DNA of 64,000 bases. Origin: Candidatus Poribacteria bacterium. GTDB lineage: Bacteria; Poribacteria; WGA-4E; PCPOR2b. The DNA lies in NCBI GenBank assembly GCA_965218095.1, contig OZ244587.1:5792001-5856000 (forward strand), written 5' to 3'. Shown here in pieces: positions 51,886 to 62,406 of this stretch. The notes beneath the pieces are model-generated. The model saw only the letters and a program-made list of their open reading frames with translations. It was not told where the DNA came from and made no database searches. Position numbers and translations under genes: made by a program. Each line of letters starts with the position of its first letter. Within the stretch, counting starts at the first letter, position 1.

Positions 51886-53550
51886 TTGAGTTGTCATCGC
51901 AATAGTAAGCTTAAAATCACCTTGCCACGAATAAGATTCCGCCCTTCTAAAAAACAGATTATTATCTTCAGCTTGATTGCCGGATTCCTGATCGTGGCGT
52001 CAATTATTTATCGCTTGACCTCCCTCTGGAAACCGGATCAGAGTTTGCTCGCCCTCGTGCCGGATGCCCCGATTTGCTATGTGAGCGTTAAAGATCTTGG
52101 CGGCCTCATCAAGACCTTTCAAGACAGCAAGGTTGGCAATCAGACCTCGCAGATGCCCATTCTTGCGGAGATCCAGAAGAAATTCTGGTGGCGACAGATC
52201 GTTTACCAGAAGCGGACGTGGGAATACGAAATGGGTGGGAAACTCGAACTCAAGCTGATCCGGGGCTATTTGGGTGAGGAAGCAATCTTGAGTTTTTACA
52301 AGCGCAACGACAAAATTTCATTCCTGCTGATCAGCGCTGTTGGGGCGAAAGAGAAACTCGAGATCGCAACGCTCACTGCAGCAGCCTCCGTCAATCCAAA
52401 TTACAAACGGCTCAAGGAGAATTATAGACAGCTGGACATCAACACCATCACAGGCTATCCGCGTGATTTCAGCTATGCCTTTGTCGGGAAGATCGGCCTG
52501 TTGACAACAGATAAGTCCTTAATTCAGGATACGATTGACATCTACGAAAAGCAAAAGCAAGGCTTTATCGATCTCCAGCCGATAGATAACTACCTGTACA
52601 AACAGTATAGCGCCGATCGGAATAGCGTTTATATCGATTTTTCGAGACTTCTCCAAGTATTGGTGATGGGCGAAATGCTCAAACCACTTTTAGACGGGGT
52701 CGATACGTGGACGTTCAGCAATCGCTACGAGAACAGCATTATCCGCTCCCGACACCGGATCGTCAAGAACACCACTTCGCAGCCCAAACAGTCCCCGCGT
52801 CTGATAGATAAAAACGTGCTTTCTATACTCCCGACAATGACCGCGTTCCTGAGCGTGAGCAACGACGAGGATCTCGCGACACTATGGAAACGCATCAACA
52901 CCAACCTACCCTTGCAGTATCAGCGAAGTCAGATCGACCTATCGCGCCATGTCGGATCTGGAATTGCGCTGGCACTGCTTGCTTCCCCGCCTGATGCACC
53001 GGTGCTAATACCGCCGATGCTCCTGATCTGCCCAATCAAAAATCGAGCGGGTTTAGAAGCGGATTTAACGCAACTCAAACAGATAAAGATCTCGCTCAAC
53101 GGCAATCCACTCCAATTCCATGCCTCACAAGATTATCAGGGCATCGAACTACAACCTGTACAACTCCGCTTCGGATTTCTGTTATCTCTCAAGGGTGGAT
53201 ACGCGCTCGTCGATAATTACTGGATCATCAGCACAACGCTTGGTGGGTTGAAGTCAGCCGTCGATGCGTTTGCCAATTGGGAAACCGCGTTGACCGGCAT
53301 GCCGCTTCCTTTCCAATTAGAATCCCCAGGCCATACCCACATCCTCATCCAGCCGAGTCGCTTTATTCCTGAGCTGAAACGCTTTATCCCACTGATAGCA
53401 GCCGCCTCCGGACAGAAGATTGATCCGGAACTGACGCGGCACATAGTGAATAATCTTTTCCCATTAGAAGCGCTTGGAACGATTACCGCTAACATTCAAG
53501 TTGAAGGCAATTTTGTAGACGCGGAGATTCACATTGTTCTCGAAGAGTAG
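51886..53550 (+). CDS. Membrane-anchored hypothetical protein (DUF3352-like)
   Basis: N-terminal TM, and internally duplicated 'LVP..' and 'YA.V' motifs. Confidence 0.6.
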   Translation: MSCHRNSKLKITLPRIRFRPSKKQIIIFSLIAGFLIVASIIYRLTSLWKPDQSLLALVPDAPICYVSVKDLGGLIKTFQDSKVGNQTSQMPILAEIQKKFWWRQIVYQKRTWEYEMGGKLELKLIRGYLGEEAILSFYKRNDKISFLLISAVGAKEKLEIATLTAAASVNPNYKRLKENYRQLDINTITGYPRDFSYAFVGKIGLLTTDKSLIQDTIDIYEKQKQGFIDLQPIDNYLYKQYSADRNSVYIDFSRLLQVLVMGEMLKPLLDGVDTWTFSNRYENSIIRSRHRIVKNTTSQPKQSPRLIDKNVLSILPTMTAFLSVSNDEDLATLWKRINTNLPLQYQRSQIDLSRHVGSGIALALLASPPDAPVLIPPMLLICPIKNRAGLEADLTQLKQIKISLNGNPLQFHASQDYQGIELQPVQLRFGFLLSLKGGYALVDNYWIISTTLGGLKSAVDAFANWETALTGMPLPFQLESPGHTHILIQPSRFIPELKRFIPLIAAASGQKIDPELTRHIVNNLFPLEALGTITANIQVEGNFVDAEIHIVLEE

Positions 53551-53624
53551 GGCGCCGGCTGGCAACCCAAATCGCAGCGTCCATTTGGCGCCTGTCCGAA
53601 TACCGCCAAAAGGTTCTTTCATCC

Positions 53625-54482
53625 TTACGATCGATTACTTTCTAGCTCCGTCATCATTCGCAGATTCAACAAAGGGGTCATGGTACCCCCCGCCGTTGGA
53701 ATCAATCGCCCGGTATCGTATATTTTCATCGCAGCGATGGCGGCATGGGCAACATCTTGTGGTTTTCCCGGCCGAAACATGAAGATGTATCCCTTCTTCG
53801 ACGCCTCTTCATAATCAGGGATACGCACACGAGCGAGATCGGTATCGATAACGCCAGCCTCAATGCCGTTGACTTTGATCCCTTTCTCTGCCAATCTCCC
53901 CGCGTAAACCTTCATGTCCATCTCCAGGCCGGCCTTGGAGATGCAGTAAGCAGCACGGTTATCAGAGGCAAGCGTGTCTGAAATGGATAGCGTATAAATG
54001 ATACACCCGCGAACCCCCTCAGCGATCATGTAATTCGCAACACGCTGCGTCAAAAAATGTGGGGCTTTGAGATTCGTATTGATGATGGCGTCAAAATCCG
54101 CTTCAGACTCTTCAAGGAGATCGGCAATCCGCGTGATGCCTGCATTGTTGACGAGAATATCGACTTTCCCAAAGGCATCAAGCGTGGTATCAAGCAGCTT
54201 CTGATGTTGCTTGAGATCGCTGACATCTGCCTGCACGATAACGGCTTTCCGACCAAGCCCTTCAACCTCACGCCCCACCTCCTCTGCGGCCTCACGGTTA
54301 CGGTTGTAATTGACGAGGACATCCGTTCCCTGACGTGCGAGCTCAATGGCAATCGCCCTGCCGATTCCCCGACTCGAACCGGTGACAATCGCGCTTCTGC
54401 CTTCAAGTGAAACGTCTGTTGCGAAAAAACCAAGATCCTGATTTGATGGCACATCCTCTTCCTTTTCAATTTTTGTGTTCAT
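53625..54482 (-). CDS. SDR family oxidoreductase
   Basis: TGSSRGIG, NNAG, YCISK. Confidence 0.9.
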   Translation of the reverse strand: MNTKIEKEEDVPSNQDLGFFATDVSLEGRSAIVTGSSRGIGRAIAIELARQGTDVLVNYNRNREAAEEVGREVEGLGRKAVIVQADVSDLKQHQKLLDTTLDAFGKVDILVNNAGITRIADLLEESEADFDAIINTNLKAPHFLTQRVANYMIAEGVRGCIIYTLSISDTLASDNRAAYCISKAGLEMDMKVYAGRLAEKGIKVNGIEAGVIDTDLARVRIPDYEEASKKGYIFMFRPGKPQDVAHAAIAAMKIYDTGRLIPTAGGTMTPLLNLRMMTELESNRS

Positions 54483-54870
54483 TTACTTCTCCTTGCGTTT
54501 CATCGAAGCGATGAAGTGCATTTTGGAGTTCTTCTTCACTCGGTAGTTTGAATTGATATTGCGGAACAAAAATATGCTGTGACATTCCTCCCAAGGCATA
54601 GCGAATCACCGACTCATCCTTGTCTTTGCACAGCACTATTCCAATTGGATCGTTTTCGCTATCGAATCATTCCGTTTCACGCCAGTAATTGAGGTACATG
54701 TTCATCTGTCCTACATCCACATGAGTGAACTTACCGATTTTCAGATCGATCAACACAGAACATCGCAATCCACGATGGAAAAACACCAAATCAATGTAAT
54801 AATCCTCGTCTCCAATTCGGACACGCTTTTGACGTTTTTCAAAAGGTAAACCCCGCCCCAAGTTCCACAT
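54466..54870 (-). pseudogene. YhcG/DUF1016 PD-(D/E)xK C-terminal remnant
   Basis: YIDLVFFHRGLRC.VLIDLK, GQMNMYLNY, PIGIVLC, LPSEEEL. Internal TGA at 54667; no N-terminus. Confidence 0.75.
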
Positions 54871-54972
54871 GTTTTACTCAATATAACTTCATCATTTCCG
54901 CAAGTGGAGTCTTGATAGCAGCCTAAAACAGGTCTGGCAAAATAGTATATCAACCAGTTCCATAACAACCTC

Positions 54973-55428
54973 CTAAATGTTGTTTGCAAGCCACTGGTAG
55001 AACAAGTCAACGCATTCCAAAAAAGAGACCGCCTCCTGTCGAATGCCATCGTCGCCCAAGTAGCGCCAAGCATAACTCCATGTGTTACAGCGAACATAGC
55101 GCTGATACATGGCTTGGTTCTGTCGCAACCTTGCCTCATAATCCGGTGCAAATCCAAGTAGATATTCCAGATGATGTGCCTGAACTGACATCAATGCAGG
55201 ACGGTCACCGGTACGTCGTTTCAGTTCTTCCTTGAGTTCCTGTAAATGGAAACAGTTGTACCGTTCCATCAGTTGCGCTTTGAGTTTACACTCTAAAGCA
55301 TAGCCGGCCATGTACATGGCTCCACGCCAACGCTGTTTTTCCAACAGGGCATACGCATCGCGATGCCGCTTGCCAACAGCTCTGCTCAACTGTGTGCGGC
55401 CGGTAGTTGTGGAAATTCTCATGTCCAT
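54973..55428 (-). CDS. HEPN-domain protein
   Basis: A.Y.AGYALECKLKA, H.LE.LL, W...WRY. Confidence 0.65.
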   Translation of the reverse strand: MDMRISTTTGRTQLSRAVGKRHRDAYALLEKQRWRGAMYMAGYALECKLKAQLMERYNCFHLQELKEELKRRTGDRPALMSVQAHHLEYLLGFAPDYEARLRQNQAMYQRYVRCNTWSYAWRYLGDDGIRQEAVSFLECVDLFYQWLANNI

Positions 55429-55473
55429 TACCTTCCTGAACCTTCTATGGGAGTCAAGCTTGGAAAGATTATT

Positions 55474-57246
55474 TCACGCGACCGTATCGACCTTTATCGA
55501 TAGTTGTTCGAGTTGCTCGTCAGTGACGTCTGAAGGGGCGCCGGTGAGCAGGCATAACCCGCTCTGCGTCTTTGGAAACACGGTGACTTCACGGATATTT
55601 TCTTCGCCTGTCATCATCATCACCAGCCGATCCAACCCTGAAGCAATTCCGGCGTGCGGCGGCGTGCCGTATTGGAGTGCCTCGACGAAATACCCAAACA
55701 GCCTTGTAACGTCTGCAGGTTTAATCTTTATGATTTCAAAAACCTTCTGCTGGATATCCCACCTATGAATTCTGACGCTGCCACCAGCACACTCTTCCCC
55801 GTTGATAATCAGGTCGTACTGTAAACCTCTCGCACTGCCCGGGTCGGTATCCAGCAGTGAAATGTCCTCCTCTGGCAACATGGTGAAGAGATGTTGGGAC
55901 GGATCGTACCGGTTCTCCTCTTCGTTCCAGTGGAATAGCGGAAAATCGATAATCCACAAAAAATCGAAGCGGTTGTGATCGATTAGATTGAGTTTTTCGC
56001 CCAAATGGAGGCGGAGATTTGCAAGTGAATCCGCGACGACCTTCGGCTTATCTGCAACGAAGAACATAATATCACCCGGTTTCGCGTCCATCCGCTCGCT
56101 GACGGCCTTGAGGGTTTCTTCGCGGAAGAATTTGACGATCCCTGACTCGAAGCCCTTCTCCGTCACTTTGATCCACGCCAGGCCTTTTGCTTTATAGATA
56201 GCGACGAATACAGTGAAATCTTCAATCTCTTTGCGAGAAAAGGCAGCACCACCGGGGGCGACAAGCCCTTTTACCTGCCCTCCCGTGGCCAAGGCACCCG
56301 TAAACACTTTGAAATCGCAGTCAGCAACGAGATTGGAAAGATCAGAGAGTTCCATCCCGAAGCGGGTATCCGGTTTGTCAGTCCCGTATCGCCCTATCGC
56401 TTCATCGTAAGGCATTTGTCGAAGGGGTATTTCAACAGGAATGCTAGCTGCTTCCGCGAAGATTTTTCTGATTAGCCCTTCTGTTATTTCCATAACATCT
56501 TCTCGGGTCGCGAACGACATTTCGATATCGAGTTGCGTCAATTCAAGCAACCGATTTGCGCGAGTATCCTCGTCCCGGAAGCAGCGTGCAATCTGAAAGT
56601 AACGGTCGACACCACTCATCATTAAAAGCTGCTTAAATTGTTGGGGGGATTGCGGCAACGCATAGAACTTGCCCAGATTAAGCCGACTCGGGACGAGAAA
56701 ATCGCGCGCGCCCTCCGGCGTGCTGTTCATCAAGATTGGGGTTTCGATCTCAAGGAAGCCCTGTTCATCCATGTATTTTCGAGCAGCGAGCATGGCTTTG
56801 TGCCGAATCTGTAACATCTTCTGCATTGTCGGACGGCGGAGGTCAACGTAACGATGCTTCAGGCGAACATCTTCGGCTGTATCAATGTCGTCTTCGACAG
56901 GAAATGGTGGCGTTTTCGCAACATTTAGGATTTCCAGCCCATCCGTCGCTAGTTCGATCTCGCCTGTTAGGAGGTTAGGATTGACCATCCCTTCCTCCCG
57001 CTCGCGTACTTTCCCGCTGACACTTAACACAAATTCGTTGCGAATATCGTGTGCAGCCCTATGGGCTTCGGGGTTGATCGTGGGATCGAAAACCACCTGC
57101 GTGAGTCCGGTTCGATCGCGCAGGTCTACAAAAATGACGCCGCCATGGTCCCGGCGACGGGATACCCAACCGGTGAGTCGCGCCGATTTACCGGCATCGG
57201 CGAGCCGTAGTTCCCCACAATAATGCGTCCTTTTCATTTCAGGCAT
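55474..57246 (-). CDS. aspS: Aspartate-tRNA ligase, probably non-discriminating
   Basis: RTHYCG, RDHGG, STPEGARDF, YALPQSPQ, RCFRDED, GGSVRIH, GTPPHAG, FPK. Confidence 0.97.
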   Translation of the reverse strand: MPEMKRTHYCGELRLADAGKSARLTGWVSRRRDHGGVIFVDLRDRTGLTQVVFDPTINPEAHRAAHDIRNEFVLSVSGKVREREEGMVNPNLLTGEIELATDGLEILNVAKTPPFPVEDDIDTAEDVRLKHRYVDLRRPTMQKMLQIRHKAMLAARKYMDEQGFLEIETPILMNSTPEGARDFLVPSRLNLGKFYALPQSPQQFKQLLMMSGVDRYFQIARCFRDEDTRANRLLELTQLDIEMSFATREDVMEITEGLIRKIFAEAASIPVEIPLRQMPYDEAIGRYGTDKPDTRFGMELSDLSNLVADCDFKVFTGALATGGQVKGLVAPGGAAFSRKEIEDFTVFVAIYKAKGLAWIKVTEKGFESGIVKFFREETLKAVSERMDAKPGDIMFFVADKPKVVADSLANLRLHLGEKLNLIDHNRFDFLWIIDFPLFHWNEEENRYDPSQHLFTMLPEEDISLLDTDPGSARGLQYDLIINGEECAGGSVRIHRWDIQQKVFEIIKIKPADVTRLFGYFVEALQYGTPPHAGIASGLDRLVMMMTGEENIREVTVFPKTQSGLCLLTGAPSDVTDEQLEQLSIKVDTVA

Positions 57247-57307
57247 TATATTGATAATCTCCTTCTATTCGTGAAACGTGATATGGATTTTGCAATCTGT
57301 TATGCTT

Positions 57308-57667
57308 CTATACTTCTGCCCCTGATGGGCGAACCCTAAGCCTACCGGACTCCGCGGTGACAATAGCACCGGATTGTAGTTCGTTTCCATGCAGGGTAGG
57401 CACATGTGAGCAAATTGACGCTTGCTGTTTGGCTGAAAAATCTACAAGCTGTAGAATCCCACAATGGGGTGTTCCACGAACGATAGCCAATTCGCCGAAA
57501 TCCTTATCCAGTGTTACCAAGATGTGCCCCTCATTATAAGCGCGTACCAGAATCGCCTCATCCCCTCGATCTTCAGGCCAATCTCCTGCCCATACGACGT
57601 CATGACCAGAAGCCTCAAGGTCTTCGCGGGCTCCACCCCATACGCACGCATCCAAAAGCAGCTTCAT
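57308..57667 (-). CDS. DUF5615 PIN-like toxin
   Basis: MKLLLDA, D..IL, LVTLDKDFGEL. Confidence 0.85.
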   Translation of the reverse strand: MKLLLDACVWGGAREDLEASGHDVVWAGDWPEDRGDEAILVRAYNEGHILVTLDKDFGELAIVRGTPHCGILQLVDFSAKQQASICSHVPTLHGNELQSGAIVTAESGRLRVRPSGAEV

Positions 57668-57915
57668 ACGCCGGACTCCATGAGCAACAGCTCAACCCGC
57701 TCATGACCAACTAACTTGTGAGTATAGGCCAGACAGGCTTGTACATCCTCTGGTTCCAGCCAGGGATAGCCTTCAAGGAGAGTTACCAGTGTGTCGCCAG
57801 CTGCCAACATTCCAAGAACATGTTCGATGGCAAGACGACGTCCGCGGATAATTGGTTTGCCCCCGAAAATCTTCGGATTTACCGTAATCCGTTCCAACAG
57901 CTTTTTCTCGTCCAT
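57664..57915 (-). CDS. DUF433 antitoxin
   Basis: RITVNPKIFGGKPIIRGRR, YPWL..EDV.ACL.Y; ATGA overlap with the PIN gene. Confidence 0.9.
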   Translation of the reverse strand: MDEKKLLERITVNPKIFGGKPIIRGRRLAIEHVLGMLAAGDTLVTLLEGYPWLEPEDVQACLAYTHKLVGHERVELLLMESGV

Positions 57916-57946
57916 CTTGACCTCCGAATGAAATGCGGAACTTGAT

Positions 57947-59212
57947 CTACCGACTCACCGATTCATGCAGCATTTCCGCCAACTGCGCAAACGCAACCGA
58001 TTGCTGATCGCCGCTCTCCATATCCCGAACAGTCGCCGATTCGTTGTTGATTTCATCTTCGCCGATTATCAGGACATATCGCGCAACCAGTTTGTCTGCT
58101 GTCTTCATCTGTGCTCGCAAGCTGCGTCCCTTGTACTCAAGATCGGTTTTAATTCCACTGTCGCGAAGCTGTTGCGTCAGTTGCATGGCGACGGGCATCG
58201 CCGCATCTCCTAACACAGCGATGTAAACATCTACCGGCGGGCATGTCGGCGCCGTAACGTTCTGGGCTTCTAATGCAATGACAATCCGATCCACGCCGAG
58301 CGCGAATCCGACTCCGGGCGTTGGATTGCCGCCAAGTTCTTCGACGAGATAATCATAGCGCCCGCCACCGCCGATCGCGTCTTGCGCGCCGAGTCCGCTC
58401 GCTGTAAATTCAAACGCGGTGCGAGAGTAGTAATCCAACCCCCTGACAATGTATGGATTTTCACGATAGTCGATTCCCAGTAGATCGAGATATTTCCTCA
58501 CCGCATCGAAGTTTTCGCGGCATGCGTCACATAAGTAGTCAGACAGGCGAGGTGCATCAGCGACAACAGCGCGACAGCCGCTTTCTTTACAATCCAGAAC
58601 CCGCATCGGATTGCGCTCATGACGGGCGAGGCATTTTCCGCACAACCGATCCAGATGCATCTTCGCATATGCTTTGAGATCTTCAATGTATTTAGGGCGG
58701 CAGACCGGATCGCCGATGCTATTCAGGTACAGCGTGAGATCTTTGATGCCGAGCGTTGAGAAGAATTGATACCCTAGTGCAATAACTTCCGCATCGATCG
58801 CGGGCTCATCCGCCCCAAACGCTTCGACGCCAACCTGCCAGAATTCTCGATACCGCCCGGCTTGCGGACGGTCATAGCGGAACATCTGACCGATGTAGTA
58901 GAACTTCAAAACGCTGGCGCCATCCAGTAAACGATTCTGGAGAATGGCGCGAATCACTGACGCCGTGCCTTCTGGACGCAGCGAAATACTCCGGGTGCCC
59001 TTGTCATTGAAGGTGTACATCTCTTTTTCAACGATGTCGGTGGCGTCGCCAATCCCACGCACGAAAAGGTCTGTGCTTTCAAAGATTGGCGTGCGAATCT
59101 CCTGATACCCGTAAGTTTCAAAAACAGATCGCGCGACCTTTTCAACCCACTGCCACGTTTGAATTTCTGGAGGGAGGATGTCTCTCGTCCCTTTTGGTGA
59201 TTGAATCTTCAT
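57947..59212 (-). CDS. hisS: Histidine-tRNA ligase
   Basis: PKGTRD, TPIFE, KEMY, LRPEGTA, FRYDRPQAGRYR, VRGLDYY, GGGRYD. Confidence 0.97.
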   Translation of the reverse strand: MKIQSPKGTRDILPPEIQTWQWVEKVARSVFETYGYQEIRTPIFESTDLFVRGIGDATDIVEKEMYTFNDKGTRSISLRPEGTASVIRAILQNRLLDGASVLKFYYIGQMFRYDRPQAGRYREFWQVGVEAFGADEPAIDAEVIALGYQFFSTLGIKDLTLYLNSIGDPVCRPKYIEDLKAYAKMHLDRLCGKCLARHERNPMRVLDCKESGCRAVVADAPRLSDYLCDACRENFDAVRKYLDLLGIDYRENPYIVRGLDYYSRTAFEFTASGLGAQDAIGGGGRYDYLVEELGGNPTPGVGFALGVDRIVIALEAQNVTAPTCPPVDVYIAVLGDAAMPVAMQLTQQLRDSGIKTDLEYKGRSLRAQMKTADKLVARYVLIIGEDEINNESATVRDMESGDQQSVAFAQLAEMLHESVSR

Positions 59213-59648
59213 TTTCTATCGATCACTCCTCAGTTAATTATGAAATGTGAAACATTATACGTGATGCGTAAAGCGTGAACTATTTAACTCCTGTATCCCA
59301 GCTTTTCTTCGATTCATAGGAAGATTCATCAGCCCAATTAGGCTGAAGCGCCTGTCAGACCGGAATTCGCAAACCTCTGCAAGCCAATACATAGGTTTGC
59401 TCAAGTCTGACGGGAACGGCAATCGCCGGGTGTGACGGTTTCGCCATCGCTGGACAACCCATTCCGCTCGGCAAAGGTCTTGACACCCTTCGTCGTGCCG
59501 CCACCGCAGTCCCCGTCTGCGCCGTATTTTTCCCAATTCAGTTCAGCGTCAAATCCGAATTCATGCAGCATGTTCTGCAAGGCACGCACGGCATCTTTCG
59601 CGCTAGAACCTCGCTTCAGAACCGATTCAACAGTTCCCTTATCAACTA

Positions 59649-60484
59649 GGTTCTGTTGACATTTCAAGGGAGCCATATAAGAGTGGCGACAAAGCTGAGA
59701 AATCCAAAATAACGGACAGCTAGCTTCTCAAACCGAGAGAAGATACGACGATACCATTTTATCTTGTTGATGAAACATTCAACCCGATGTCTCTCTTTGT
59801 ATAAGTGTTTGTCATACATTCTTTGGTCAACACGATGACTTTTTGGCGGTATCACCGCAATCGCTCCATTCGCCTCAATAACCGCGATAAAAGCGTCCGA
59901 ATCGTACCCCTTGTCTCCAATCACATATTCACTGTTATATCCGATTATCAACCCTTCCGCCTCAGTTATGTCATGTCTCTGACCGGGTGTCAGATGAATT
60001 CTTAGCGGATTGCCTAGTCCGTTAACTGTGATGTGATTTTTTGTACTGAAACCGCCCCGAGACCGACCTAATGCTTGGTTTTCAGTGCCACCGTTTTTTT
60101 TAAGGCGCCAGCTTTTTAAGGCGCCCGCCGCACACGGGTGAGCGCGGCAGATGGTACTGTCCACAATAAGCGACTCGATATCGGGGTCAGAGGCGAAGTG
60201 GTGGTGCATCTGTGTGAAGATACCTTTGTCGCACCATCGAGCAAACCGCTTGTAGCGGGTGTTCGATTTGCCATATGTGTCTGGTAGAAGTCTCCATTGA
60301 GCGCCACTACGAGTCACCCACAGAACAGCTTCGACGAAGCGGCGTGTAGCAGCTTCGTCGCCAACATAGATGGTGGGACAGCTTAGAAGAAACCGGTATA
60401 TCTTATTCCATTGTTCATTAGGTAAGGTTATTGGCGTCATTCTTCTATTATGCCACAACCTTATACTCAAATGTCAACAGAACC
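59649..60484 (-). mobile_element. IS5-family insertion sequence (IS427-group-like), 836 bp
   Basis: Perfect 16-bp TIRs GGTTCTGTTGACATTT / AAATGTCAACAGAACC; TA duplicated within a CTAG target. Confidence 0.92.
59664..60440 (-). CDS. IS5-family DDE transposase, OrfA and OrfB fused in frame
   Basis: SGAQWRLLP..YG, IVDST, GRSRGGFSTK, GDKGYDS, YKERHRVE. Confidence 0.9.
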   Translation of the reverse strand: MTPITLPNEQWNKIYRFLLSCPTIYVGDEAATRRFVEAVLWVTRSGAQWRLLPDTYGKSNTRYKRFARWCDKGIFTQMHHHFASDPDIESLIVDSTICRAHPCAAGALKSWRLKKNGGTENQALGRSRGGFSTKNHITVNGLGNPLRIHLTPGQRHDITEAEGLIIGYNSEYVIGDKGYDSDAFIAVIEANGAIAVIPPKSHRVDQRMYDKHLYKERHRVECFINKIKWYRRIFSRFEKLAVRYFGFLSFVATLIWLP

Positions 60485-60741
60485 TAGTTCTTAGATCGTG
60501 CTTTGATGTGACATCTGTAAATCCTCTTTAAGTTGGGTTGAAGCTCGCCTGTAAACATAGTGGAACACCGCATTATTTTGGCATAAACCTCTGATAAAGT
60601 CAAGGCTGAATTCCGTTATTGAAAATTTGTAGGAATTATGCGATAATAGTACCAATTGAAATAAAGCGAAATCGCAACATCTCGTTGCTTTTCAGAGAAT
60701 TGACTCGATTTCAAATCTTTCTACGATGGGAGGCAAGCACC

Positions 60742-62199
60742 ATGAGCACGGGAAATATCCTCCAAAACTACATCAACAACGAATGGCGTCCGTCCAACGC
60801 CAATGAATATCTAGATGTTACTAACCCCGCCACGACTGAAATTATCGGCAAAGTTCCCCTATCGCCAGGCGTCGAAGTGGATCAAGCAACGCAGGCAGCG
60901 GCTGAAGCACTTGTCGAGTGGCGTCGCACGCCACCGCCAGACCGTATTCAATACCTGTTCAAGCTGAAAAACCTGCTTGAAGATAATTTCGATGACATTG
61001 CCCGCACGATTACGATAGAGTGTGGCAAGACGGTCGATGAGTCGCAGGGCGAGATGCGTCGTGCCATCGAAAATGTTGAGGTCGCCTGCGGCATTCCCAC
61101 CCTGATGCAGGGCTACAATCTTGAAGACATCGCCGCTGGCATTGACGAGCTCATGATCCGACAGCCGGTGGGCGTTTGTGCGGCGATCGCCCCCTTTAAC
61201 TTCCCCGGCATGATTACGTTTTGGTTCATGCCGTATGCCATCGCCTGTGGCAACACTTACATTGTCAAGCCCTCCGAAAAAGTGCCGCTCACTATGCAGA
61301 AGATCTTTCAGTTAATCGAACAGGTGGGGCTGCCCAAAGGCGTGGTCAATCTAGTAAACGGTTCAAAAGAAACGGTGGACGCCATTTTAGATCAGCCGAC
61401 GATTAAAGCCGTTAGCTTCGTCGGTTCGACGCCCATTGCTAGGTACGTCTACAGCCGGGCGACGGCCAACGGAAAGCGGGCGCAGTGTCAGGGCGGGGCA
61501 AAGAACCCAATTATCGTCTTGCCTGATGCCGATCCGGAGATGACGCGCCACGCGACGACCGAGAGCGCCTTCGGTTGCGCAGGGCAGCGGTGTTTGGCGG
61601 CTTCACTTGCGATCGCCGTTGGTGAAGCGCGAGATTGGTTCAATGACGCCATGGCTGAAGCTGCTGAAACGCGCGTTGTCGGCTATGGCCTGGAGGAGGG
61701 AGTTCAGATGGGGCCCGTGATTACGCCCGAAAGTAAAGCCCGAATTGAGGGGCTCATCCAGAAGGAAGCTGATGAAGGCACAAAGGTTCTGGTAGACGGA
61801 CGCAGTCCCAAAATCTCTGGCTACGAAAACGGAAATTTCGTCCGCCCGACCATCCTGCAAGGTGTGAATCTGTCCGGGGAAATCGCCCAAACCGAGATTT
61901 TTGGACCCGTTCTCAGCACCATCCATGTGGACACGATTGATGATGCAATTTCCTTAGTGAATGGCGGAAGATACGGAAATATGGCATGTTTGTTCACCAG
62001 CAGTGGGGCGGCCGCTCAGAAGTTCCGCTACGAGGCAGAGATCGGCAACATTGGGATCAACCTTGGGGTTGCAGCGCCGATGGCGTTCTTCCCATTCAGC
62101 GGCTGGAAGGATAGTTTCTTCGGGGATATGCACGGACAAGGCAAAGACGCTGTTGAGTTTTTCACGCAGAAGAAGGTTGTCGTTGAACGTTGGCTTTGA
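60742..62199 (+). CDS. mmsA: CoA-acylating methylmalonate-semialdehyde dehydrogenase (IolA/MmsA)
   Basis: [57 protein letters not shown] precedes 60742. Confidence 0.9.
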   Translation: MSTGNILQNYINNEWRPSNANEYLDVTNPATTEIIGKVPLSPGVEVDQATQAAAEALVEWRRTPPPDRIQYLFKLKNLLEDNFDDIARTITIECGKTVDESQGEMRRAIENVEVACGIPTLMQGYNLEDIAAGIDELMIRQPVGVCAAIAPFNFPGMITFWFMPYAIACGNTYIVKPSEKVPLTMQKIFQLIEQVGLPKGVVNLVNGSKETVDAILDQPTIKAVSFVGSTPIARYVYSRATANGKRAQCQGGAKNPIIVLPDADPEMTRHATTESAFGCAGQRCLAASLAIAVGEARDWFNDAMAEAAETRVVGYGLEEGVQMGPVITPESKARIEGLIQKEADEGTKVLVDGRSPKISGYENGNFVRPTILQGVNLSGEIAQTEIFGPVLSTIHVDTIDDAISLVNGGRYGNMACLFTSSGAAAQKFRYEAEIGNIGINLGVAAPMAFFPFSGWKDSFFGDMHGQGKDAVEFFTQKKVVVERWL

Positions 62200-62406
62200 G
62201 AGGGCATGTGAAAGAGCTAGATCAGAGGGTTTTCTATAGCTATCCAATTTTCAACTCCTAGTAGATTTTCGTGTAGGCATCTTCAAGTTTAACGGGGACA
62301 GCGACCTCTGGTGAAATGAACAACGGCAAAGTGGGCAGAATATCACCAACTTGTAGGAGATAATTCCATACCTCAATCACTAATTCCTCGACAAGGCAGA
62401 GTTAAA

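Larger units (their letters stand above)
59401..60514 (-). pseudogene. Peptidoglycan-binding-domain gene interrupted by IS5
   Basis: Removing the IS gives MSHQSTI*ELVDKG..VLKRGS...VRALQNML...ADGD.G..T..GVKTF...NGL..DG. RBS GAGG lies upstream of 60514. Confidence 0.65.

Noticed and set aside
8739-60493. Alternative genetic code or selenocysteine readthrough as the cause of in-frame stops
   Set aside because: All three stop codons occur, alongside frameshifts, only in accessory genes. Intact genes end normally in TAA, TAG and TGA, and the TGA positions do not look like catalytic Cys sites.
62200-62406. MITE between mmsA and iolG
   Set aside because: Only a 6-bp inverted match (CTCCTA/TAGGAG) is present, with no clear target duplication.
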